Below, piece after piece: positions 35,349 to 43,694 of a DNA stretch of 50,756 nt. The notes under the pieces were generated by a model. It had not been told where the DNA came from, made no database searches, and was given only the letters and a program-made list of their open reading frames with translations. The stretch comes from Patescibacteria group bacterium (GTDB lineage: Bacteria > Patescibacteriota > Minisyncoccia > Phycocordibacterales > DATDWN01): assembly GCA_040384485.1 (NCBI GenBank), contig JAZKJH010000001.1, forward strand, positions 1 to 50,756, given 5' to 3'. The position numbers and the translations under genes were made by a program. The stretch's first letter is position 1. Each line of letters starts with the position of its first letter.

Positions 35349-36593
35349 TTATTTTTTATTCTTTATTTCAGTTAATAATCTACTCAATAACTCGTCTTTG
35401 CTCATCTGTCCTAACTGTCCAGCATCACGAGACTCAAGAGTTATTTTATCAGCTTCTATTTCCTTGTCACCTAGAACTATCCAATAAGGTGTTTTGTTGT
35501 TTTTTGCATCACGAACCTTTGTTCCCAGGTTTTCTTCTTCGTTTGAGAGCTCTGCTCTAATGCCGTTTTCAATGAGCATGTCGTACACTGTCTTGGCGTA
35601 TTCATTGTGACTCTCTCTGACAGGAATAACTTTTATTTGTGATGGGGATAGCCACAGCGGGAATGCTCCATTGAAATGCTCAATTAGAAAGGCCATAATT
35701 CTTTCCAAGGCTCCGATAGAAGAACGGTGAATAACAGACGAGCAGAGTTTTTTCTCGCCATCTTTATCTATATAGGATAGCTCAAACCTTCCTGGTGCTA
35801 GAAAGTCGTACTGAACTGTAAAGGCAGTATTTTCCAAACCTCGTACATCTTTCATTTGAACATCTATTTTTGGACCATAGAAAGCTGCCTCGTCTTCCGC
35901 TTCAGTAAATCTAACATCTTGGTTCTGCAAAACTTTTCGCAGAACTCCCTCAGCTTCTTCCCAAGCCTTATCATCTTTGAAGTATTTTTTCTCATCTGTT
36001 CTGCTGCCAAGGGAAAGTCTGTACCAGAAGTCTTCTCCTTTTTTCAAACCAAATACACCTGCAACATAAGTAATTAGCTCTAATGCTTTTTGTACCTCTG
36101 ACATGGACTGTTCTGCGTCTGCACAAAGTATATGTGCGTCTGCTAAACAGAAAGAACGAACTCGAATAAGTCCGGAAAGGTTTCCACTCGCTTCATACCG
36201 GTATAGCTTTGCCATCTCCGCTATACGCATAGGTAGTTCTTTGTATGTATGGGGTTTAGATAGGTAGAGCTCGTAGTGGTGCGGACAAGTCATCGGACGC
36301 AACATAAATTCTTCGCCATCGATATCGATAGGCGCGTACATCGTGTCTTTGTAGTAAGGGTAGTGGCCTGACTTTTTGTATAGGTCTAGTTTTGCAATAT
36401 CTGGAGTAGAAACATGTTTGTAACCTCGCTTTATTTCTTCATCCACGATAAATCTTTCAAGCTCTCTTCGGATCGTCGCTCCTTTGTCCGTATAGAGTGG
36501 CAGACCTTTGCCTACAACATCAGAAAAAGTAAACAGCCCTAGTTCTTTGCCAATGACTCGATGGTCATTTTTATCCATTTCATTTGGTTCCAT
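35349..36593 (-). CDS. thrS: Threonine-tRNA ligase lacking the N-terminal TGS and editing domains
   Basis: Begins at DHRVIGKELGLF; RPMTCPHH, LIRVRSF, AFYGPKID, IHRSSIG; C-terminal anticodon-binding domain. Confidence 0.95.
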   Translation of the reverse strand: MEPNEMDKNDHRVIGKELGLFTFSDVVGKGLPLYTDKGATIRRELERFIVDEEIKRGYKHVSTPDIAKLDLYKKSGHYPYYKDTMYAPIDIDGEEFMLRPMTCPHHYELYLSKPHTYKELPMRIAEMAKLYRYEASGNLSGLIRVRSFCLADAHILCADAEQSMSEVQKALELITYVAGVFGLKKGEDFWYRLSLGSRTDEKKYFKDDKAWEEAEGVLRKVLQNQDVRFTEAEDEAAFYGPKIDVQMKDVRGLENTAFTVQYDFLAPGRFELSYIDKDGEKKLCSSVIHRSSIGALERIMAFLIEHFNGAFPLWLSPSQIKVIPVRESHNEYAKTVYDMLIENGIRAELSNEEENLGTKVRDAKNNKTPYWIVLGDKEIEADKITLESRDAGQLGQMSKDELLSRLLTEIKNKK

Positions 36594-36610
36594 ATTTTTG
36601 TTTTTTTATA

Positions 36611-36763
36611 AATTAAAATCGCCTCGACAAAAAATGATAAATCACTTTTTGTCGGGGCGAGTCTAGTTTCGCGGTTCCACCCAACTTTGGTCTTTGTGTT
36701 TTGTAGATTAGCCCTTAGGTTCCATGCGGAATAGTGGTTGGTAGCCACTACAATTTCTACAAA
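36611..36763 (-). promoter_or_regulatory. T-box riboswitch leader of thrS (miniature Stem I)
   Basis: T-box GGGTGGAACCGCG (36682-36670); antiterminator GTTGGG-[TGGAACC]-GCG/CGC-CCCGAC; terminator 36660-36619 plus U run; Stem I TTTGTAGA/TCTACAAA; TG-C-TATACT promoter ending at 36768. Confidence 0.85.
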
Positions 36764-36879
36764 CTAGAGTATAGCACTGCATTTTTTAAAGTACAAGATA
36801 TGGGTTGTATTTTTATGGTTATATTGTATTATCTTACTCGGAAGGTGGTAATAATAAAACCATGAAAAAGAAGTGACAC

Positions 36880-37458
36880 ATGCTTCATACACTCAGTAGG
36901 CATGCGCTAGAGAGAGTTAATGGACGTCTTACTTTGTATCCAGTCGAGGTGCTAAGGATTCTCAATGCAGGCAAATACATTTTGCTTGGAGAAGAAAATA
37001 AGAGAATAATTCATAAGCTGTTCTATAGTAAGCCAGATGACGATTGTTTTGTAGCGGTTTGTGCCAAATCTGACGGCACTGTTATAACAGTACTCCCTTC
37101 GCAGTACCACAAAATATGGCCACTTAAGTACGGCACACTTAGGAGAGCAGAGGAAATAGTTTGTGGGCGTGTTCATAAAAGAGATGTAAGTGTGAACCAA
37201 CCTTTGTCAAAAAAGATTGGACATGACAAGATTTATGTCTTTTTCACATCAAATAATTGGAATGGAAAAACTAAAAGCATAAAAGCTGGAAGTTTAGAAG
37301 TTTCAACTTTCGGTGATGATCTAGATTTGGTTTCGAAGAACCCGACAGCTAAAACTAGAGTTGCTAGGATGCTTACAAAGCTTTTTCCAGGACATGAGAT
37401 TAGCCAAGTTACTCTTCGGTTTGGTAAGGGAATAAAAAAGAGCACAATGGTTTTATAA
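36880..37458 (+). CDS. Hypothetical protein; N-terminus resembles DUF4258/RelE-like fold
   Basis: LSRHALERVNGR ... FVAVC..DGTVITVLP; terminator at 37470-37495. Confidence 0.65.
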   Translation: MLHTLSRHALERVNGRLTLYPVEVLRILNAGKYILLGEENKRIIHKLFYSKPDDDCFVAVCAKSDGTVITVLPSQYHKIWPLKYGTLRRAEEIVCGRVHKRDVSVNQPLSKKIGHDKIYVFFTSNNWNGKTKSIKAGSLEVSTFGDDLDLVSKNPTAKTRVARMLTKLFPGHEISQVTLRFGKGIKKSTMVL

Positions 37459-37497
37459 AGGGAATTTCCAAAACACCGATTAAGCTCGGTGTTTTAT

Positions 37498-40400
37498 TTA
37501 TAGTGCCTTAACTTTATCAATCAAAATGCTTTTTTCACCATTGCGAGTAGAGAAAGTTCCTTTTACAACCACACAACTTTCCTTTACTAGAATATCTTGG
37601 AATTCCTCCAATACTTTTGGGAAGACCACTGCTTCAACTGAGTCAGACATATCGGAGATTTTTAGAAAAATCATTTTGTCTCCCTTTTTAGTCATTATTT
37701 CCCGTATGTCCTCAATGATTCCGCCAAAAACTACAGTCATTTTATCTTTACCAATTTCTTTTATTTTTCTTATGTTTGTGTCGCGTTTTTCAAATTTTTC
37801 TTTAAATGAGTCTAATGGGTGTCCAGAAATATATAAGCCGAGTAATTCTTTTTCCCACATGAGACGGTCAGCGGCATTGTACGAAGGAACTTTTTCAAGA
37901 GTGATTTCTACAACTCTATTTTGTTCTGCAATACCTGCAAACAAAGAAGTCTGGTCACTTTCTTTGGACCGTTCCTCTTTATGATATGTAAGCATTGTAT
38001 CGAGGTTGTGGAGCATAGTCGCACGTCCATCTTCACCAGGTACAAAAGAATCCAATGCTCCAGTTTTTATAAGAGACTCGAGAGATTTTTTGTTCAGATT
38101 TTTATCTTTTATTCTGCTTAGGAAATTTGAAAGGGAAGTAAAAGGTCCATTCTTCTTTCTTTCGTCTATTATGGAAGTTGCAATTCCTTCACCGAAGTTT
38201 TTTATAGTTGTTAGTCCAAACCGAATAGAATCTTTTTGTCCGTCTATTCCTTTTATTACAGTGAATCCCTCAAAAGATAGGTTTACATCAGGTGGAAGAA
38301 CTGGAATATCCATTCTTTTACACTCACTGATTATTTCAGCAATCATATCGGTGTCTCCGGACTCTGCGGTAAGAACAGCTGACATATAAATAGCAGGGAA
38401 GTTAGCCTTCATGTATGCAGTCTGGTAAGCCACCTTTCCATAACTTGCTGCGTGAGCTTTGTTGAAACCGTAACCCTGGAAAGGTTCAAAAAGTTTCCAG
38501 ACCAGCTCCGCTTTTTCTCTCGTCATTCCTCCATGGCTAATACATCCATCCACGAACTTAACATGTTGTTTTGCCATTTCTTCCGGGATTTTTTTACCGA
38601 TAGCTTTTCGGAATTTGTCTACTTCTCCCCAAGTGTAACCCGCCACCTCGATAGCAGTCATCAGCAAGTCATCCTGGTACACCAACACCCCAAATGTTTT
38701 ATCCAAAAAGTTTTTCATTTTCGGGTGCATGTAAGTTATAGGTTTTCTTCCATGCTTTCTTTCTATGTATTCGTTGATGTTATCCATAGGTCCAGGTCGG
38801 TATAGTGCCACCATAACGTTGATGTCGAAAATAACAGTAGGTTTAAGTTCTTTTAGCGCTCTCGTCATTCCGTCACCGTTTAGTTGGAACAAACCTACAG
38901 TTTCTCCCCGAGCCAGCATTTCAAAAGTTTTTTTATCATCTATTGGTACATTTTCTATGTCCACGGTTATTCCATCGAGTTTCTCTGTAATTTTTACTGC
39001 ATCAGCAAGTATGGAAAGGTTTCTGATGCCCAAAAAATCGAACTTTAAAAGTCCCACTCCGTCCTCTCCAACAGAGTTCATGTCGTATTGAGTAATTATT
39101 TTGTTATCACCCTTTGTATCATATTGGAGAGGTACATAATCAGTTAGTGGAGTAGGGGAAATAACAACCCCAGCGGCGTGAACAGAGATGTGCCTCGCAC
39201 AACCTTCTATCTTCTTTGCCATATCCATAATTTTTCGAACATCAGGCTCTTTTTTATACCGGTCCTTTAGTTCAGGAGTTTCTTTCAGTGCTCGTTCTAG
39301 TGTCATTGGGAAACCTTGGGCACCCATCGGGATAAGTTTTGCTATTGAATCACCTAGACTGTATGGAAACCCAAGTGCACGAGTTACGTCTCGCACGGAA
39401 CCACGTGCTGCCATAGTACCGAAGGTACCAATCTGAGCTACCTTGTCTATCCCGTACTTGCTACGAGCATAGTCTATAACCTCATCGCGTCTGTTATCGG
39501 CGTAGTCCATGTCCACATCGGGCGCAGATGGTCGTTCTGGGTTTAGGAATCTTTCAAACGGAAGGTTGTACATCAAAGGATCCACGTTGGTGATGTGAGA
39601 CAGATAAGTAACCAATGAACCTGCCACCGAACCTCTGATGGTGGTTAGAATTCCATTTTTGTGAGCAAAGTCCAAGAGGTCTGACACCACAAGAAAGTAC
39701 GGCGCATAACCTTTTGTTTTTATAACTTCCAGTTCGTAGTTCATTCTTTCAAGAATTTCTGGAGTTCTTTGCAGACCTCTTGTTTCAATTCCTGCTTCAG
39801 TGATGCGTCTTAGTTCGTCATCATATGACAGTCCACTTTCCACTATATAGTTTGGCAAAAACCATTTTCCAATGGAGATTTCTACGTTACACCGGTCAGC
39901 TATTTTTATAGAATTTTCTAGAGCTTCAGGAAGTTTTTTAAAATATTTTTCTGCAGTTTTGTCAGATATAAAAGAAAAATCGTCATCTCCTTCTTCCAGT
40001 TTTTCATCGTTTTGAGATTGGACCGCTACTAATGTGTCTCTGGCAGCCCGGTCCTCTAGGTTTATGTAATACACATCATGAGCAGCGACTAGAGGAATAT
40101 TGTTTTCTTTTGCAAAAGTCACTACTTTTTGCATATTATCTTCGTGACCTTTTATTTCTGGATGGTGAGTTACCTCTAGAAAAAAACGAGGACCATTTTC
40201 AGTTTCCTTAAATGTGTTTTTGTACCAAGCAAGCCTTTCTCCCGCCTGTTCAGTGTGCGCCATTTTAATAGACTGCAGGATATCACTAGAAAACGAAGGA
40301 GCGATAGCAATAATACCCTCGTTATATTTTTCTAACAGCTCGCGGTCTAAACGAGGCTTGTAGTAGAACCCTTCCATGTGAGCAAGAGTCACGAGTTTTA

Positions 40401-40707
40401 TCAGGTTTTTGTAGCCGATATCGTTTTCTGCAAGCAAAACTAGTCTAAAGCGGTCCTTATCTATACTTTGTTTGTCGTGACGAGTTCTGTAGGCAACATA
40501 TGCATCTATTCCAATGATCGGTTTTACTCCTTTCTTTTTACAAGCCTGGTAGAACTCAATAGCTCCATATAAGTTGCAGTTATCAGTGAGAGCCAAGGCG
40601 GGCATATCATACTTTTTTGCCATATCTACCAACTCGTCTATTTTTGGCAGAGCGTTCAGTAGGGAGTAGTTTGAGTGGGTGTGCAAGTGGACGAATTTTG
40701 CGGACAT
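37498..40707 (-). CDS. dnaE: DNA polymerase III alpha subunit
   Basis: FVHLHTHS, RGSVAGS, PDVDMD, KFDFLG, FNKAHA. Start set at ATG 40707. Confidence 0.97.
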   Translation of the reverse strand: MSAKFVHLHTHSNYSLLNALPKIDELVDMAKKYDMPALALTDNCNLYGAIEFYQACKKKGVKPIIGIDAYVAYRTRHDKQSIDKDRFRLVLLAENDIGYKNLIKLVTLAHMEGFYYKPRLDRELLEKYNEGIIAIAPSFSSDILQSIKMAHTEQAGERLAWYKNTFKETENGPRFFLEVTHHPEIKGHEDNMQKVVTFAKENNIPLVAAHDVYYINLEDRAARDTLVAVQSQNDEKLEEGDDDFSFISDKTAEKYFKKLPEALENSIKIADRCNVEISIGKWFLPNYIVESGLSYDDELRRITEAGIETRGLQRTPEILERMNYELEVIKTKGYAPYFLVVSDLLDFAHKNGILTTIRGSVAGSLVTYLSHITNVDPLMYNLPFERFLNPERPSAPDVDMDYADNRRDEVIDYARSKYGIDKVAQIGTFGTMAARGSVRDVTRALGFPYSLGDSIAKLIPMGAQGFPMTLERALKETPELKDRYKKEPDVRKIMDMAKKIEGCARHISVHAAGVVISPTPLTDYVPLQYDTKGDNKIITQYDMNSVGEDGVGLLKFDFLGIRNLSILADAVKITEKLDGITVDIENVPIDDKKTFEMLARGETVGLFQLNGDGMTRALKELKPTVIFDINVMVALYRPGPMDNINEYIERKHGRKPITYMHPKMKNFLDKTFGVLVYQDDLLMTAIEVAGYTWGEVDKFRKAIGKKIPEEMAKQHVKFVDGCISHGGMTREKAELVWKLFEPFQGYGFNKAHAASYGKVAYQTAYMKANFPAIYMSAVLTAESGDTDMIAEIISECKRMDIPVLPPDVNLSFEGFTVIKGIDGQKDSIRFGLTTIKNFGEGIATSIIDERKKNGPFTSLSNFLSRIKDKNLNKKSLESLIKTGALDSFVPGEDGRATMLHNLDTMLTYHKEERSKESDQTSLFAGIAEQNRVVEITLEKVPSYNAADRLMWEKELLGLYISGHPLDSFKEKFEKRDTNIRKIKEIGKDKMTVVFGGIIEDIREIMTKKGDKMIFLKISDMSDSVEAVVFPKVLEEFQDILVKESCVVVKGTFSTRNGEKSILIDKVKAL

Positions 40708-40721
40708 GAGATGATTATAGC

Positions 40722-41318
40722 ATGAAAAAAATAGTGGGTATTGACGAGGTTGGAAGGGGTCCTTTGGCCGGCCCTGTGACGGTGGGGATTGTGGTTTGTG
40801 AGCAAAACATCTACAAAAAACTCCAGAAAAGAGGGGACTTACCAGGTGTTGGGCTGGATAGTAAAAAACTCTCACAGAACGATAGAGAAAAGTATTCGGA
40901 CATGCTAAAAACTATAGATATTAAATACTTGGTAGTAGACATTTCCAATAAACACATAGATTCAAAAGGTATCTCGGTATGTATAAAGAAAGCTATTACT
41001 GATGGACTAAAAAAATTAAAACTAAACCCAAAAGAATGTGAAGTGTTGCTCGACGGCGGATTGAAAGCCCCAACTGAGTTTGTAAAACAAAGGACGATAA
41101 TAAAAGGGGATGAGAAAGAGAAAATAATAGCCTGGGCATCTATATTAGCCAAAGTTCATAGGGACGCTTTGATGGTAAAACTCGACAAAAAGCACCCGGA
41201 ATATGCTTTTCAGTTGAATAAAGGATACGGAACTTTGAAGCACAGAAACGCTATTAAAAAGCATGGTTTATCAGCGGTTCATAGAGGAAGTTTTTGTAGG
41301 TCTGTTTTAGTAAGTTGA
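40722..41318 (+). CDS. rnhB: Ribonuclease HII
   Basis: GIDEVGRGPLAGP, DSKKL, LLDG, IAWASILAKV, KGYGT. Confidence 0.95.
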   Translation: MKKIVGIDEVGRGPLAGPVTVGIVVCEQNIYKKLQKRGDLPGVGLDSKKLSQNDREKYSDMLKTIDIKYLVVDISNKHIDSKGISVCIKKAITDGLKKLKLNPKECEVLLDGGLKAPTEFVKQRTIIKGDEKEKIIAWASILAKVHRDALMVKLDKKHPEYAFQLNKGYGTLKHRNAIKKHGLSAVHRGSFCRSVLVS

Positions 41319-41352
41319 TTATTTTGGGCGTATGTGATAATCTTTCAAAACT

Positions 41353-41580
41353 ATGGTAGTACGAATGCGACACACAAAAAGCCAGCGAAACAGGACACGA
41401 TCTCATCATCGTTTGGTTAAACCTGCTGTAACAGTAGATGCGGAGACAAAAGTTCCACACCTACGACACAGAGCGTCTCTTGTAACTGGTAAATATAAAG
41501 GAAGAGTTGTAATAGACCTTCAGAAGAAACTAGATAAGAAAACCAAAAAAGCGAAAGCGGCGAGTAAAGAAGGAAGGTAA
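41353..41580 (+). CDS. rpmF: 50S ribosomal protein L32 (Cys-free)
   Basis: MVVRMRHTKSQRNRTRSH...HLRHRA...GKYKGRVV. Confidence 0.9.
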   Translation: MVVRMRHTKSQRNRTRSHHRLVKPAVTVDAETKVPHLRHRASLVTGKYKGRVVIDLQKKLDKKTKKAKAASKEGR

Positions 41581-41612
41581 AAAATAATTCACCAGAGATG
41601 GTGAATTATTTT
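41581..41612. terminator. Intrinsic terminator after rpmF
   Basis: AAAATAATTCACCA-GAGA-TGGTGAATTATTTT. Confidence 0.8.
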
Positions 41613-41690
41613 TTATGTGGATAGTATCGGAGGAATTTTATTGATAATAAAAATATTGCCTGTTATACTAAATATATAGTTATTTAAACA

Positions 41691-42581
41691 ATGGCAAACA
41701 GGCACCTTTCCAGATCCATAGTTTTACAAACTCTCTTTGAGTGGGACTTTGATGACAAAAATTCTACTCCAGTTGAAGATATTTTTAATAGAAATGTAAC
41801 TGAATTCGCACCTGGTCACGGTGATGGGCCTTTTATGCAAACTCTACTTTCTGGAATAATAGAAAAACAGAAAGACATAGACCTGATTATCGAAAAAGCA
41901 GCTCCTGATTGGCCAATAGACAAAATAAGTGTAATGGATAGAAACATCTTAAGATTAGGTCTTTATGAGCTACTTTTTTCAGATAGAAGTCAGGTGCCAC
42001 CAAAAGTTGCTATTAACGAAGCTATTGAACTAGCCAAAGCATTTGGAGGAGAAACTTCTAGTAAGTTTGTTAACGGAGTTTTGGGTGCCGTATACAAAGA
42101 ACTTGGGGAGCCAGGAAAAGAAGAAACTTCAAAACCAAAAAAAAACGATAACAATAAACCTGTTCTGACAGAACATCTAGGTGGGGCGGTTGTGTATGCA
42201 AAAGATGGAGAGGAAATATATCTCGCTTTGGTTCATGATGTATTCGGTAAATGGACTCTTTCAAAAGGGAAAATGGAACCAGGAGAAGACCTAGAGGTTG
42301 GTACAAAAAGAGGCATAAAAGAAGAGTTAGGTTTAGATGTTGAGATAAAAGAAAAGCTTGGAGAAAATGAATACATTGCCTACCACCCAGAAAAAGGTAA
42401 AACTAAAAAGCACGTCGTTTATTATTTAGTAGAATCTCCATTTAAGGATTTAGTAAAAGAAGAAAAGGGGGGCCTAGATGATGCACGATGGTTTAAACTT
42501 CAGGATATATTAGATTTAAATTTTTATAACGACATCCTTCCTTTGGTAACAAAAGCTATAAATATCCTGCTAAAAAAATAA
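41691..42581 (+). CDS. nusB: NusB fused to a C-terminal Nudix domain
   Basis: RHLSRSIVLQTLF, DRNILRL, VAINEAIELAK, FVNGVL; then WTLSKGKMEPGE...RGIKEELGL. Confidence 0.93.
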   Translation: MANRHLSRSIVLQTLFEWDFDDKNSTPVEDIFNRNVTEFAPGHGDGPFMQTLLSGIIEKQKDIDLIIEKAAPDWPIDKISVMDRNILRLGLYELLFSDRSQVPPKVAINEAIELAKAFGGETSSKFVNGVLGAVYKELGEPGKEETSKPKKNDNNKPVLTEHLGGAVVYAKDGEEIYLALVHDVFGKWTLSKGKMEPGEDLEVGTKRGIKEELGLDVEIKEKLGENEYIAYHPEKGKTKKHVVYYLVESPFKDLVKEEKGGLDDARWFKLQDILDLNFYNDILPLVTKAINILLKK

Positions 42582-42593
42582 TTTATACTGACA

Positions 42594-42623
42594 TTGACAT
42601 ACTCTAAAAACTATATATAGTAT
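42594..42623 (+). promoter_or_regulatory. Promoter with overlapping palindrome for the three-gene operon
   Basis: TTGACA 42594-42599; TATAGT 42616-42621 inside palindrome ACTATATATAGT (42610-42621); SD AAGGAG 42647-42652. Confidence 0.6.
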
Positions 42624-42662
42624 TACTTGGCTAGTTTTTTGACAGGAAGGAGTAGTTAGTAA

Positions 42663-43424
42663 ATGACAGAAGAAAGAGAAGAAGTCTTCAGGGGCCACTT
42701 CAATGAATGTTTCATTCATATGAAGGAACGCTTTGAAGCAACTTCAGCGCCGCGTTCCAAGAACAGACTTAAACCTCTTAAACCTCTCATGGATTTTTGT
42801 GGGGTGGAGGAAAACACTGTTCGGAATTGGCTGAGAAAAGAGGATCCGAATATCTGTGGGGAACTGTATGTCAGGGTAACCTGTTTTCTGGACCTTAACG
42901 GATACAAGGTTATCGAGTTCGAACGGTGCGACAAGGGAATTCGAAACTTTGTCGAACTGATCGCCTATCGGGTCATTTCGGTTGAAGATGCTTTGAACAT
43001 ACTTCATATGCCCCGCATCTCTGGTTTATTTGCCATGTTCCGTGGTGACCGAGGTGTCAGTTCGGAAAGGCATGCGAAGATGTGGGACTTTTGGAAGAGT
43101 ACCCGAAACGAGATTTTTCAAAAGAAAAAGATGGCAGCTGAAAAGTATCGTCTCAGTTTTCTTTCCAGAAGCAAGGAAGTAGACAAGCCGATTGAAGAAA
43201 TGGTTCGTGCGATGGCTGAACCAACATCTTCAATCGAATCTCGCCGTACTGCTACTATGTACATCATGTATGGCTTGCGATCGCTACTTGATGAAGGAAT
43301 TTTGAAAAATCTTTCAGCAGAGGAGCTTGGCGACCTGTCCCATGAAGATGTGTTGTGTGTGAGCAGTCTTTCTGCCCACTTCAGCACCCTTGCTTCGGAT
43401 ATTGTCCGGAAAAAGGCGGGATGA
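42663..43424 (+). CDS. Hypothetical protein with two XRE/Cro-like HTH segments
   Basis: LMDFCGVEENTVRNWLR and SVEDALNILHMPRISGLFAMFRG are HTH-like by pattern. Confidence 0.7.
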   Translation: MTEEREEVFRGHFNECFIHMKERFEATSAPRSKNRLKPLKPLMDFCGVEENTVRNWLRKEDPNICGELYVRVTCFLDLNGYKVIEFERCDKGIRNFVELIAYRVISVEDALNILHMPRISGLFAMFRGDRGVSSERHAKMWDFWKSTRNEIFQKKKMAAEKYRLSFLSRSKEVDKPIEEMVRAMAEPTSSIESRRTATMYIMYGLRSLLDEGILKNLSAEELGDLSHEDVLCVSSLSAHFSTLASDIVRKKAG

Positions 43425-43427
43425 TAT

Positions 43428-43694
43428 ATGGCAGACGAGATATACGTCGCCATCGTTCAAAAAGTGTTTCCAGAGGGGAAACATGGCCCATACGCCAAAG
43501 CGCGGTCAGAAGAAGTCGCTGGATCGATTACGTTTTCTCTCGACATTTCGGTGTGGAAAGAAGATCGTACTCCTCAAGAAGGTGACAAAGTTGTTCTAAG
43601 TAAGGTTCGAGGGAAGCGTGCCGGGTGGCGCGCAGAGAGTGGGCGGTTTTTCAAACCGTCCGATGAAAGACAGCAGACAGGAGTCGAGAGATGA
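43428..43694 (+). CDS. Small cold-shock-like OB-fold protein (88 aa)
   Basis: YVAIVQKV / GKHGPY / ITFSLDISVW / PQEGDKVVL / GWRAESGR parallel the five CSD strands (inference). Confidence 0.65.
   Translation: MADEIYVAIVQKVFPEGKHGPYAKARSEEVAGSITFSLDISVWKEDRTPQEGDKVVLSKVRGKRAGWRAESGRFFKPSDERQQTGVER

Noticed and set aside
36539-36748. 69-aa ORF upstream of thrS as a leader peptide
   Set aside because: It runs through the T-box and into thrS in another frame; the RNA structure explains the region.
37526-39436. Plus-strand track ORFs inside dnaE, and similar nested ORFs in nrdJ, gyrB, pheT, smc and rnr
   Set aside because: They are antisense or off-frame shadows of conserved genes with no RBS or recognisable motifs.
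12089-40707. Inteins or introns in nrdJ, gyrB, dnaE or the tRNAs
   Set aside because: Lengths are normal or short with no splice motifs; the gyrB C-terminal insert is a short acidic/basic loop.
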